Shown in pieces: positions 1-12,724 of a stretch of 64,000 nucleotides of DNA. A program made the position numbers and the translations under genes. Source of the stretch: Octopus sinensis (lineage: Eukaryota); the NCBI RefSeq assembly GCF_006345805.1, contig NC_043001.1, positions 59,954,001-60,018,000 of the forward strand, written 5' to 3'. Positions within the stretch are counted from its first letter, which is position 1. Each line of letters opens with the position of its first letter. The notes beneath the pieces are model-generated. The model saw nothing but the letters and a program-made list of their open reading frames with translations. It was not told the origin of the DNA and did not search any database.

Positions 1-159
1 TAGAAATAGACGTCAAAATCGCCATTTTCCACGGAGAATGTGTTCTCAAAAAAAATTCAGCAAAAAACCAAAGCGTAAAAATAAGCTTTGGTTTTTTGCA
101 GAATTTTTTCTTGAGAACACATCATCCGTGGAAAATGGCGATTTTGACGTCTATTTCTA
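1..159. repeat. Imperfect palindrome (arms ~1-74 and ~85-159), probably continuing beyond the window edge
   Basis: tagaaatagacgtcaaaatcgccattttccacgg... is the reverse complement of ...ccgtggaaaatggcgattttgacgtctatttcta. Confidence 0.9.
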
Positions 160-599
160 GTATACAGGATGTCCAGATTTAGTGGTAAATCCTCTAAATT
201 TTGTATGTAAAAAATTTTTAATCTTCGGATTTTTAAAAATATACTTCGTGTAGGCATCTGGGTAATTTTTTAATGAATTTATTTATAATGCGCTCATTCG
301 TTAACTCCTTCGTTAATTTTATCGAGAGTGACTCCTTGGAGAATAATTGACATTAGACATAGTGTTGTAGGGACTCGCGTATCTAAGTATGGACTATGAT
401 AGGTCGCATTTTGTCTAAGCTTCTTTAAGCGTCCAGATAAAATCGGCCAGTGGTGTTACATGTCGTTTAAGGATATTTCGAATGCTGCCGATGTGGTTGC
501 GGTAGCAACTCTTGAAAAATTAGGCCGAAGCCCCGATATATCGGGTTATCATTGTTATTGTAATTATTGCTCTGTTAGCTGGTAGTATGATTCGAGTTA

Positions 600-880
600 T
601 AAACATTGTCGTTAGGTTGGTCATATGAGTTATGTTTGATGTCGAGTTTATTTTGAGTGCTTGGCAAGTCTTTGCCTCAGTTTACGGCTGTCAATTTTAT
701 GAATACGGTACTCAAAGTTTGATGAATTTGCATAGGATAATTTTATAGTGTGACGATTGAATATTTTGCTGTACACTCCATTTTTAGGAAAGCAGCAAGC
801 AAGTGCGGTGAAAAATTGTTTCGCGATCATAGATGAGATGTTGGAGTTCCAGATTGGGTTATATCAAATGACGTCATAGT
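600..880 (-). mobile_element. Penelope-like retroelement fragment (RT-to-GIY-YIG linker region), decayed
   Basis: Translates to DVI*YNPIWNSNISSMIAKQFF...FPKNGVYSKIFNRHTIKLSY, resembling the Penelope-like 'IWFNPP...FP...KIFNR.T.K.SY' linker motif; contains an in-frame stop. Confidence 0.6.
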
Positions 881-1188
881 TTTTATATTGTCAGTTAGGT
901 CTGTTTGTCTGGGTGCTTGGAGCGGCAATTGTATATATATATATATATTTATCTATCTACCTATCTACCTAAGTAGATAGATAGAGAGATACATACATAC
1001 ATACACGCACATATACCTACTTACGTACATATATACATACATACATGCATACATAGATACATACATATGCATGTGTGTGTTTCTGTGTCTGCGTATGCTT
1101 ACATGCGTTTTAACCATTCAATTAATCAATAGATCAATCAATCTGTCTGTGTGTCTATCTATCTACCTATCTATCTATCATCTATATA

Positions 1189-1219
<31 letters not shown>

Positions 1220-1790
1220 GTATGTCTGTCTATCTGTTTGTCTATATGTCTGCCAGTCTGTCTGTCTATCGATACATGTATATCATTGATAGATATATAT
1301 ATGTGGATGTGCCTATATTTATGTGCGTTTGTGTTTGTGCGCTTATGTATGTTTATGTGTGTGTTTGTGTGTCTGTCTGTGTGCTTGTGTTTGCATGTGT
1401 GTGTGTAACTGCATAAGTATATGTAAGCAATGCACGGTTGTGAAATAAAGATTTAGGAATAAATGAGAGCACAATAGATATGTACATAAACGCGTGAACT
1501 TCACATTTGTTGACGACAAGATGGCACCAAATTTCGTCACCTTGAAATATAGTTCATCCGTCAATGTTGCAGTTGGCAACCTGCCGGGGTACTGATGAGC
1601 GTAAATTAAGAAAAGAAAGTGAAGAAACTAATTATACATTTCTGGTATGAAAACAATGGAAGAAAGGGAACATATACTGTCTTCGTTTGAAACGGCAAAA
1701 ATATAATCCAAAACAGATCTGTATATATGTAAACGAAATATATATATATGTATATGCGTATATATATATATTATATATATATATATAATA

Positions 1791-1849
<59 letters not shown>

Positions 1850-1861
1850 TATGTATATGCG

Positions 1862-1892
<31 letters not shown>

Positions 1893-1900
1893 GTATATGC

Positions 1901-1944
<44 letters not shown>

Positions 1945-2059
1945 ATATGTACGTATGTATGTATATATATATTTATATTTAATATCTATATCTATATCTA
2001 TTTATCTCTCTCGCTATCTATCTATAAATCTCTCTATCTCTCTATCTCTCTATCTATCC

Positions 2060-2339
2060 ATGCTTATCCTTTTTTCCTTTCCCGGTTATTACTTTTATTT
2101 ATTTCACGGTGAAATCCAGTTCTTCCCCTATACATAATTTTTTCACATAAATTCTAAGGACTGAGATGACTACGTGTGTGTGTATGTATATATATATATA
2201 TATATATATATACATACACACACACGTAGTCATCTCAGTCCTTAGAATTTATGTGAAAAAATTATGTATAGGGGAAGAACTGGATTTCACCGTGAAATAA
2301 ATAAAAGTAATAACCGGGAAAGGAAAAAAGGATAAGCAT
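2060..2339. repeat. Near-perfect inverted repeat centred on a (TG)n(TA)n(CA)n tract
   Basis: 2060-2180 is the reverse complement of 2221-2339. Confidence 0.9.
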
Positions 2340-3242
2340 TCCATGTATTCAATGGTCAGATTGAGAAAACAATAACAAATTGATGAAAACAAAGTGGGAA
2401 GAGGGTGATGATCCTCGAGGGAGGATAGAGAAGAAAAGAACGAACAAGATTGGAAAAGGACCTGGGATATAATGGGAACAATGTGAATCATAGAAACCGG
2501 AGGGTAGGCAAACAGAAAAAAAAGGTGTGGGGTGAAACAGACCTTAGGCCAGATTGAAGGAGGGAGATTGGGAGAAAGAGATAGATAAAGAGAGACAGAG
2601 AAACAGTGAGAGAGGAAGAGATAGAGAAAGCCAGTGAGCCAAAATTGACGGCCACTGAAGCAACGAAACAATGAAATTCACATAGATGAACAGAGAGGGA
2701 AATATCGATGTGAATGAGGAACTGAGATATGGTGGATGCATGCTGTAAGATAGAAAGGTACAAAGACTGAAAAATATTATAATTATATAGATAGAGCTAT
2801 AAGAACGTAGGTGTAAATGTACAAATTGAGAAATTTAGATGGATGGGTATATGTAGTATAAAATGCATAATGTGCCCCAGCAAGGCCTCGATCTAATGAT
2901 TGCAATAAGCTGGAGATAAAAGATAAAAGAAGGATGCTAACAAAAGGAAACAAAACATGTTTATATCTGTGTATATTTGTATCAATATTTAGCAGAAGCA
3001 ACAGTGTGAGTAAAATTTAAGAGATGATGTTAAGAGAATGTAAATGTACAAGACATATCAGAGTATATACATAAATATAAAAGGTTTGGTAACGCAAACC
3101 TGAAAAATAGAACTCAAACTATGAGTATATCTATATTTTTATTAATATTTAGCAGACGCTGCAAAGTAACTCTATATGCTTATATTTCTAATTTATATAT
3201 ATATATATATATCTGTAAATGTAATATGTGGCAATCATTCGG

Positions 3243-3315
3243 TAGCCATGATAAAACTCCGAGTGTCGGATGCCGAGGTGGAACCCACGCCGCCATCTCT
3301 TCAGTTATCTGGCCA
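3243..3315 (-). ncRNA. Decayed type I hammerhead ribozyme
   Basis: Minus strand reads tggcca-gataa CTGAAGA gatg...catc c GACA ctc g gag TT ttatc-a-tggcta; all three stems form, but GAAA is mutated to GACA. Confidence 0.6.
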
Positions 3316-4514
3316 TCGGAAAAATGCTATCTTTTCGGAGTTTTATCAATGCTACAGAATAATTGTCACATATTACATTTACAGACAAATTCCTCTATTT
3401 ACATAATATCGAGGTCTCTTTCTTTCTTTTGTTGTCTTACCAGCTTTATCAATATATAAATATATATATGCGAAATCTTGTGTGTGTGCATGCATGTGTG
3501 TGTATGCGTGTGTGTGTGAAGACGTGCACACATTTTCCTTTGTTTATTTATTTGTTTATGTATTTGCTTATTGAACGACATAACGGACAAAGTATTTGGA
3601 AAATGTGAATTGTCCACGTGACTGTTATTTTTTCTTTAAAATTTATTCGAGAATGATCCAAGGAAATATAATTTTTCACCAGTTATAAAAAAATCCACAG
3701 CTCTTGGATATATAACTAGTTTGATAAGTCCCAACGCACGTAACTCTCGGCTCTTTACTCACACTGTTGCTTCTGTTAAATATTGATACAAATATACTCA
3801 GATATAAACATGTTTTGAATTCAATAAGAGCATCAAGGCAAAAAAGTTAGAAATAGCACTCAGTACAAATTGGCTGACTGATTTTCGGCATAGAAAAGAC
3901 AGATATAGAAGGAGAAAGAAACCGAGAGCTAAGAAACAAAACCCGGAACCATTACGATTGTTAAAAGAGAAAAAGAGGTGGGCTGAAGTGAGATTTGTCT
4001 TGTCTAAAGGAAGGAAGGAAAGACTAACAGAGGAGAGAAACAAAGAGTTACGGCGGAGGGAAAAGAGAGAAGGAGTGTCGTAACAACAATGACGTCTATA
4101 CAGAAAGTAATACAGAAAGAATGTGAATAATGAGTTTTGCTAGACAACAGGCCTTAGGACAGGAGGAAAGAGGAGAGAGGAATAGAGAGAAATTAAATGT
4201 GAAACAATGCCATGTTTGAGACAAAACTGAGAGAGTGAAAAGGAGGATGTTAGTAGGACTGATGTAACTGGGAAAGAGAGGAATATTGGGCTACGGTATG
4301 GAGAAAATATTAAGGAGGCAGAAAGCTTCATGGACAGAATAACTCGTATGGTACGTACAGCGTGTATGTTTGTGAATATATGTATCTTTATATATGTGTG
4401 GATGCGAACGGGCATACGTGTCTACGTATACAGAGTTGCATACACACACAAATATATGTATACTGCACGCATTTTTTTTCTCTCCTTCTTTCTGTGTTTT
4501 TCTCTCTCTGTGTA

Positions 4515-4552
4515 TCTTTCTGTTGAAGAGCGTAGGCTCGAAACGTTAAAGA
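4515..4552 (+). ncRNA. Minimal hammerhead-like motif (A6U core variant) in a Penelope terminal-repeat fragment (~4448-4652)
   Basis: tcttt CTGTTGA a gagc-gtag-gctc GAAA cg TT aaaga; homologous to 5928-5965 at the 3' end of the Penelope element. Confidence 0.6.
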
Positions 4553-4718
4553 CTTGTTTTATTTATATTTCCTGAGCGCCATACTAATACAATTGTTCGT
4601 TTGTTTTCCACCTGCCTTCGTCTTTTGTTTATTTTCATAAAGCTTCCCGTTATGTATGTATGTATATAAGTATATACTTATCCACATGTACTAAGGTATC
4701 TATATGTACATGCATACA

Positions 4719-4763
<45 letters not shown>

Positions 4764-5168
4764 ATGTATATATGTATATATGTATATTTATATTATGTAT
4801 ATATATATATATACATACATACATGTATACATAAATATATATATACATACATACATACATACATATGAACATATATATATCATATTTCCATTATTCTATT
4901 TGCACTCCGATTATTTGGAAATCGAAAGGTTTTTGGCAATTAAATGTAGGTACCATCACCTTATAATAACAACCAAATAACCTATGACTGCCCGACTTTA
5001 AGTGCATTAAATTGGGTTTCTTCATATATTTAAACATTTATCTAATGCATAAATATATACATATATACAAAGTACATAAACATACATACACACACACAAA
5101 CACATATTTATATATACACATATATGCATGCAAATACATACATACACAAACATACGTATATGTACGTA

Positions 5169-5725
5169 AGGCCTAGTGCTACCACCTCTAGCCAACGGTT
5201 ATCCCGTGCCGATGAAGAGAATTAATCTAGAAAACATTGGTCCACAGGTATTGCTTTAGGCTGAGTGGTATTATTAGCTCCTTGTTCGAGATATAAGTAC
5301 GCAGTTGTGCGTCGATAGCCAACTGGTAAAGATGTTTTCCTGGGACTAAAATATGTAGTAACATTGTTATAATCAGGAATGTGAATTTAGGTTGGCAAAT
5401 ATACTTTAATTTGTAGTACTGTTACTACTAATTTCTCGGTCAGAGACTTAAAACTAATTGCTTTTATCCTTACGAGATCAGTGATTATGTGTCACTTTAA
5501 AAGTATATACCTCGAAGAAGGCCTAGCGCTACCACCTCGAGCCAACTTTTATCGTGTGCCGATGAAGAGAAATAACACATAAACCATCGGACCACAAGTA
5601 GCGTTTAAGGCTGGGAGAGGACATTAGCTCCTTTGTTCGAGGTATAAGGACGCAGTTGTGCATCGATAGACTGGTTTGGGCTTAAAAATCAGGACGTCTA
5701 GCGTACGTTGGCAAATAGATCTTAC
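5169..5725 (+). repeat. Diverged tandem repeat (350 bp period, ~1.6 copies) with decayed HHR motifs at 5203-5248 and 5553-5598
   Basis: aggcctag(t/c)gctaccacctc at 5169 and 5519; copy 1 reads gtg CCGATGA agaga-attaa-tcta GAAA acattgg TC cac. Confidence 0.65.
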
Positions 5726-5820
5726 GCTCTCTCTCTATATATATATTTATAGTAATATATATGTATATGAGCATATATATATACCCACACACTTACACAC
5801 ACCTATATATAAACTCTCCC

Positions 5821-7820
5821 TATATATATATATATATAGGGAGAGTTTACGAAAAAAACACAAGACGAAGACAGGTAGTGTACAAAACAAACACATGTAT
5901 TAGTATAACGCTCAGGAATAGAAAAAGTCTTTTACGTTTCAAGCCTACGCTCTTCTACCGAAAGGGATATAGAAAAACAACAAGGAGAGAAAAAAATGTG
6001 TGTAGCGACTGACTGCCGGACAGAAGGGTCACACAAGAGAGCGAAGAAGTAGGGGAGATAGCAAAGTAAATATGACCTCCAACACGAAGGTGCGTGTGTG
6101 TATAAGAGAGTATGTATGTGCGTGTGAAAGAGGGCTGGTTGTCTGGACGTGTGCGCGTATGTATGTATAGGTGTGAAAATGTGGGGATGGGAATTGGTCA
6201 GTGCTGGTGTGTGGGTGGTGTGTTGTGATGTGTAATGTTGTATGGTGTAGTGTTGTGTGGTGTGATGTTGTTGGGAAGTGGGGGAGGCGAGAGTGGGGAA
6301 AGCACGGGTGGGGTGTGGGTTCGCCTGAGAGTTGGGGTATGTGGGAAGGCTGAGGGTGGGGGTAGAGGTGGGGTATCTGGGAGAGGGTGTAGGGGATAGA
6401 TGGGGATGGGATGGGGGATGGGAAGAATAGGGAAGGCGGAGTAGGAAAGTGTAGGGGTGGGGTGGGCTTATGGGGAAGGGTTGACAATGAAGGGGGAAGG
6501 GGAAGGTGGTATGTGAGGAGAGAGAGTAAGAGAGAAGAGTGAAGAGAGAGAGAGTAAAAGAGAAGAGAGAAAGAAAGTAAAAGAGAAGAAAGAAGAGAGA
6601 AAGAGAAGGTGAAAGAGTAAGAGAGAAGAGGGAAAGAGAAAAGGGTGAAGAGAAGTAGGAGTGAAGAGAAGTAGGAGTTGGGACAATAGAGGAGAGTTGG
6701 GTGGGAGGAAGTAGGAGGGTGAGGGAGAGAGTCAAGAGGAGGATGTTAGACGAAGAGGGGAGGAGAGTTGAGCCCAGATGGCGTAAAGGAGCGAAGAGAG
6801 AAGATTAATCCCTGTTCATGGCGAAAACTGGAGTCATGATGGCCTCTGTGCAAGAACAATCCGAACACGAACAGGTGTTGCAAAGAGTGACCTTTAGAGC
6901 GGAAATGGCGCGAGACCGGGGTGTCATTGCCGAGGCGGATGTCTCGGAGCTGTTCCGCGAACCGGTCAGCCAAGCGGCGTCCCGTTTTTCCGATGCACAG
7001 AGAATGGCAGAGAGAGCAGGGGATGCAATACATGATATTGGTGGAGGTGCAGGTGAAGGAGTCAGTGATGCAATAGGGTTGATGATGGGTGCCGGTGAGG
7101 AGGGCGGCGTAGGCGGAAGCAGGGGAACGAGCCAGGTTGGGAGGTAGGGTTGGGGATGAAGCTGTGGACCAAGAGGTCTCGTAGGTTGTGGGCTCGTTTG
7201 AAGGAGGGGAGGAGTCGGTTAGGGAAGATGTGTGAAGTGGACGGGTCGGACTGGAGATGCCGGAAAGCTCGGAGAATGGCGCGTTGGAGTTGTAGGGTAG
7301 TGGGGTGGTATGTGAGGGGAGAAGGGAGGCGGGAGACTTCAGAGCGGGTTCTTGGGGAGAGAGCACATGCACGGTCGAATGAACGTGCTCTGGCAAAGTT
7401 GGTGTGGATAGTGGTGAGGGGATATCCACGTAGGATGAAGTGGCGAGCCATGAGTTGAGACTGAGTCTCAAAGTCATGGTCATCACTATAGAGCCTGCGG
7501 AGACGGAGGAATTGGGAATAGGGGATGGAAAGCTTAGTGTCTTTGGGGTGGGAGGAGAAGAAGTTAAGGTATGGGTGTGAGTTTGTGTGTTTGTAGTGGA
7601 TGGAGGTGGTAAGAGTGGAGGGATGAATGATGAGCGAAATGTCAAGAAAGGAGACAGAGGTGTCAGAGATAGTGCAGGAGAAGTGGAGGGCAGGATGGAA
7701 AGATTTGACAAAAAAGAGGAAGGAGTCTAGATGTTCGCGGGAGAGTGACGTGGCACTGATAAAGTCATCAATATAACGGCCATATAGTTCGGGAGTGAGA
7801 CCAGTGAAACTAGAGAATAT
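5821..7820 (-). mobile_element. 5'-truncated Penelope-like retroelement: RT C-terminus, GIY-YIG endonuclease, 3' terminal repeat with HHR-like motif (5928-5965)
   Basis: ELYGRYIDDFI RT motif near 7750-7790; NIMYCIPCSLCHSLCIGKTGRRLADRF...PVSRHF...GLN GIY-YIG-like domain in ORF 6746-7711; frameshifted; flanked by TA repeats. Confidence 0.9.
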
Positions 7821-7844
7821 TATATATATATAATATATATATAT

Positions 7845-7916
<72 letters not shown>

Positions 7917-8178
7917 GCAATTAAGGACAACTACTTAATAAGGAAAACTTAACAAAAATTGTCAGGTAGATAGCGTGAAAACCTCATAAGAGAAAAAATT
8001 TCGAAAATAATTATTTCTTATTGAACATATTAATTATATATAGAGGGCATTATACATACATGCCAGATGGCATTATACATACATGCCACACGCTAAGAGG
8101 GACAATTAGTCATTTCTACCAAAAATATTACTAATCCCACCGAATGCAATTTTTCAAAGTAAGATATTTAAAAAATAT

Positions 8179-8226
8179 AGACCTGTATCACCGTGATTTC
8201 ATACTTACGTATTCATCAGCAGGCCT
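8179..8226 (-). ncRNA. Type I hammerhead ribozyme (identical copy at 8653-8700)
   Basis: aggcctg CTGATGA atac-gtaa-gtat GAAA tca-cgg-tga TA caggtct: full core and three stems. Confidence 0.9.
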
Positions 8227-9310
8227 GGATGTATCATACATAAACGACCCTGCCTCGCTTAAGCCGATCAGCTAACTGATCAACATCAACGAAGCACATG
8301 GGTGAGTTTACATATATTACATCCTGTAAATGTCAGACTTTTACGAATTGCATTTCGGGAAAGGAAAAGTTTTTTCGGAATAAAAATTTAGCAATTAAGG
8401 ACAACTACTTAATAAGGAAAACTTAACAAGAAATTGTCAGGTAGATAGCGTGAAAACCTCATAAGAGAAAAAATTTTGAAAATAATATTTCTTATTGAAC
8501 ATATTAATTTATATATAGAGGGCATTATACATACATGCAGATGGCATTATACATACATGCCACACGCTAAGAGGGACAATTAGTCATTTCTACCAAAATT
8601 ATTACTAATCCCACCGAATGCAATTTTTCAAAGTAAGATATTTAAAAAATATAGACCTGTATCACCGTGATTTCATACTTACGTATTCATCAGCAGGCCT
8701 GGATGTATCATACATAAACGACCCTGCCTCGCTTAAGCCGATCAGCTAACTGATCAACATCAACGAAGCACATGGGTGAGTTTACATATATTACATCCTG
8801 TAAATGTCAGACTTTTACGAATTGCATTTCGGGAAAGGAAAAGTTTTTTCGGAATAAAAATTTAGCAATTAAGGACAACTACTTAATAAGGAAAACTTAA
8901 CAAGAAATTGTCAGGTAAAGTATGAAATCACGGTGATACAGGTCTATATTTTTTAAATATCTTACTTTGAAAAATTGCATTCGGTGGGATTAGTAATATT
9001 TTTGGTAGAAATGACTAATTGTCCCTCTTAGCGTGTGGCATGTATGTATAATGCCATCTTATTTCTTTATTACGATTATACAATCGTTACATAGAAGTAC
9101 AAATACAGGACATACATGCAAAACAAATAATTAAGACGTTCGATTTAAAAATTTTCCATGACATTTGGATTAAAAAATTCGTCTATAAATTGTCCTTTAC
9201 GTGACCAATAGAATCTTATAACATTTCATAACCTTTCGATCTTACCGAAGTTTTAAACCCCGGCAATTTATAAGGGCCCGCAGCTTTTGTTTCCTCTCCT
9301 CCCTCCATAG

Positions 9311-12300
9311 TTAAGCTGGGTTTCTGACACCCACCTTTTTTTCCACTTCCTTCCATCTTTTCTCATACACACCCCGTGGTAAGATCCTCTTTTCCAGCCC
9401 CATTTTGCTCTTCAGATGATATCTGAAGTAAGTGAGCAAGCCGGGGCCCGAGACAAAGGATCCTATCGCGACTCCTTCCATTCTTGTTCTCCACATGCAT
9501 TCTTTTACTACTGCAACCGTGCAGTGGAAACATGCCTCACCTTCCTTCGAGAGTCCAGTTGGCGGTATCATCTTAATCATAGACTCAGCCGACAGCTGTA
9601 CTCGTCCCAGATGCGATAACACGTGTTCTGCGTAACTTATCAAGTCTGACAACTTCCGACAGTGTACAAAAGCGTGCTGGACGGTTTCATCGTCCAACTC
9701 GCACCTTGGACACGTCGGTGGCACTGAAATTCCGTGCCGCGATAACTTCTCGCGAACAGGTAAAGCATTCCTATAGCACTGCCCAGGCAGGGATCTTTGG
9801 AAATTATCCAAGTACCCCGTCCTGAAAGTCTTTTTAACAGGTTGGTAAGCTGGTCTTCGTCAAACCCCAGAGCCCCTCCTAGGACGTCGTCGTTCTTTGC
9901 CTCTACCAGCCTTCTATAAAATACCGAGGTGGTATTTCCGCAGCCGGCCTTGCCCGCCTTGTGGATCAGCGTGAGTGCCTGTCGGCACTCCTTTTGCCAT
10001 AAAGTCAGTTTCCATCTTTTGATGCGACCGGGTTTAAAATTCGCTAAGGAGGCCGGTCTCGGGAAAAATTCCCCTGCCAGCGGACTTCACACCTTATCAC
10101 CCTCCAGGTGGTGCCAGAGATGCTTCAGCCTCAACGCATGTCTGCGCATCATCAACCAAGGCATTCCTAACCCACCCTTCAACGGTTCCTGGCAGCAAAC
10201 GGAGCGCCTCACAAGTGGCTTTCCTCCCTTTCACAAAAAGCGGAAAAGGATTCGCTCCAACTTGCTAAGCCATGAATCGGGGCAAGGGACAACGGTCAGG
10301 CGGTAAGTGATTACAGATGCAATGAACATCTGTACCACCTCCGCCCTTCCTTTCAAGACAGAAACCTTCCGGACCAGGTCCGTACTATGGCCTCCACCTT
10401 GCTCGTCACCTCACTCCAGTTCCTCTCCGTTTGGGAGTCTGGCCCAAACCAGACTCCTAGCAACTTAACAGGGCCATCCGTCCAGTGTCCCACGACACTG
10501 GACGATATCGACTTGCTCCTCCAGGTGCCGAGGCGCAAGCCAACCGACTTGTCCTTGTTAACCTTTGCTCCTGCCACCGCCTCGTATCCTCTGATAGCCT
10601 CTTCCACACAAGGTAGCTGGGCCTCATTGGACACGATGAGGGTGACGTCATCCGCATAAGCAGTAACCGTCCTCCCACCTCCGATCTCATCCGAGTTGCT
10701 TCCCAGCCTCTCCAACTTTCGCAGCAATGGCTCAAGAGCCAACACGTACAAAAGTGGTGACAAGGGGCACCCTTGACGAACTGAACATTCAATCGAAAAC
10801 GGTTCCGTTAGGTAACCGTTTATCTGGACGGTGGACTTGATGCCGCTATACATAGCGGAGATCCACCCGCGAAATTCAGGGCCCAGTCCAGCCGCTTCGA
10901 GGATCGTCGCCAGGTACTCATGGTCTACCCTATCGAACGCTTTACTTTGGTCTAAATGGACCATTACCCCGCCCTTGCCGGTTAATTTACCCACCCTGTC
11001 TAAGGTGTAGCGTATAAGGTGAAGATTGTCCTGGATCGACCTGCCTGGAATTGCACATGTCTGTGCTCTCCCTACAAGTTTCTCCACGACAACCGTCAAC
11101 CTTTTTGCCAACACCTTGGCCAAAATCTTTAACTCTACATTAAGTAGAGTTATGGGCCTGTAGTTACTAATGTTATCCCCCTTGCTCGGGTCTTTCTGGA
11201 TTAGCGTCACCACTCCCCGGCTTACAGAGCTGGGAATTCTCCCATTCTGCTGCCAGTTCGTGTAGACGCCTGCCAATATTCCCCCGAACAAGTCCGGCAT
11301 ACTTTGGTAAAACTCGTAGGGCAGACCATCCAACCCCGGCGACTTCTCCCCGGCGCATCCGGCCAGTATCCCCTCTATCTCCGCGGGAGTGATCGCTTCT
11401 TCACAGCACTCCACCTCACGCCCCGAGAGCCGCGGTCCGCCGGCCAGGAAGTCCTTTAAGGTCCTCCCCCGCTCCGCGCCACACCACCCCCGAACACGCG
11501 GGCGAAATGCTGGTGAAGAAACTTTTGCATCTCCTCCTGTCCATAGATCTTTTGTCCCTGTTCGTCAGTTAAAGATTTGATTGAGGTTTTGTTACCTCTC
11601 TGACTCTCCACTCGACGGGCCCATCCGGCAACGTTAATACCTTCTCGTTTCCCAGCGCGTAGCTTAGCTCTGACTCTGCAACCTTCGTGTTTGGAGTTAG
11701 GTGACGGTACAATACCGTCCTTGCCGCCAACACTCCGGATGCAGAGCCAGCTTCCATTGCCTCGTTTAGATTCTTAACTAAATCGTCCTCTATCCTAGAC
11801 CTATCTAACCTTAGCTGATTGCTAAATCTAATGGACTCTGAACGAATGGCTCTTTTGAGGGAGTGCCACCATCTATTGTTAATGATGGTGCCACACAATG
11901 CCCTCTGTACTAACACCTTAATCCGGGTACGGAAGTCTTCACAATTCAAAATAGCCTTGTTCAGCTTCCAGTACCCGGTCCCTGTCTATGACACTTGTCC
12001 AATTGCATCCTACACGTCACAAATTTGTGATCCGTGTAAGGCACAATGTGGAACTGTGGACAACTAAACGTATCCTTATCTCTTTTCTTAATAAATATCC
12101 TATCTAAATACGATCTGCGTGAGCCGTCGTTGTTACTCCACGTCCACTGTGGAACGCTCGGCTCATCCAGTCGGTAACGGTCCACTAGATCAAAGCTCTC
12201 TAGTAGACCCTTGAGGCTAGGGTTCCCCTTCCTATTGGTTGAGCCAACACTGTCGACCCGCGCTTCAAGGACAGTGTTAAAGTCCCCTACTAGGATTACC

Positions 12301-12697
12301 GTTTTCGCGACGTCGCTAAAAAGGGCTCCAGGTTCCGAAAAAAACCCGTCTGTCTACTCTCGTTCGGAGCGTAGACAGCTACCAACCTGAAGGACTGTTT
12401 ACTTACGTGGGTCACATCCAGAACAACCAGCCTGCCTTCTGGGTCCAGAAAGACAGTACTTACCTGCAAGTCCAAGCTCTTCCTGATAAGGACTGCCACG
12501 CCTCTGCCTCTTCCTTGGCTAGGAGAAATAAATTTCTCGAACCCATTTAGAAGAGGCGAGAACGCTTGGGCCCCGTTCATCTTGGACTCGGTTGCAATAG
12601 CTATGTCTACTCCATGTGTCGTGAGGTCGTCCAGGAAGCAAATTTGTTTCCATTCCGACCCCATTCCACGTACATTCACACAACCCAGCTTAGCCAT
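9311..12697 (-). pseudogene. Tx1 ORF2 (AP endonuclease, reverse transcriptase, C-terminal Cys/His motif), frameshifted
   Basis: NVRG, VYAPN, YLDRIF and YTDH APE motifs; KSPGLDGLPYEFY, DQSKAFDRV, VRQGCPLSP and YADD RT motifs; CPRC...H...C at the end. Confidence 0.93.
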
Positions 12698-12724
12698 TGT
12701 CGGTGAGAGGAAAAATAAATGAAC

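Noticed and set aside
1592-1620. CTGATGA motif
   Set aside because: No stem II, stem III or matching stem I
1071-2137. Many short ORFs rich in YI/CV/HT/LS repeats here and throughout the window
   Set aside because: They are translations of (TA)n, (TG)n, (TATC)n and (TAA)n microsatellites
3263-3300. tRNA-Leu-like 3' end on the minus strand (ggcgtgggttcc)
   Set aside because: No cloverleaf; better explained as stem II of the decayed hammerhead
3727-3756. gtcccaacgc...taactc resembling a twister ribozyme
   Set aside because: The pseudoknot partner (GAGGG) and the P1/P2 pairings are missing
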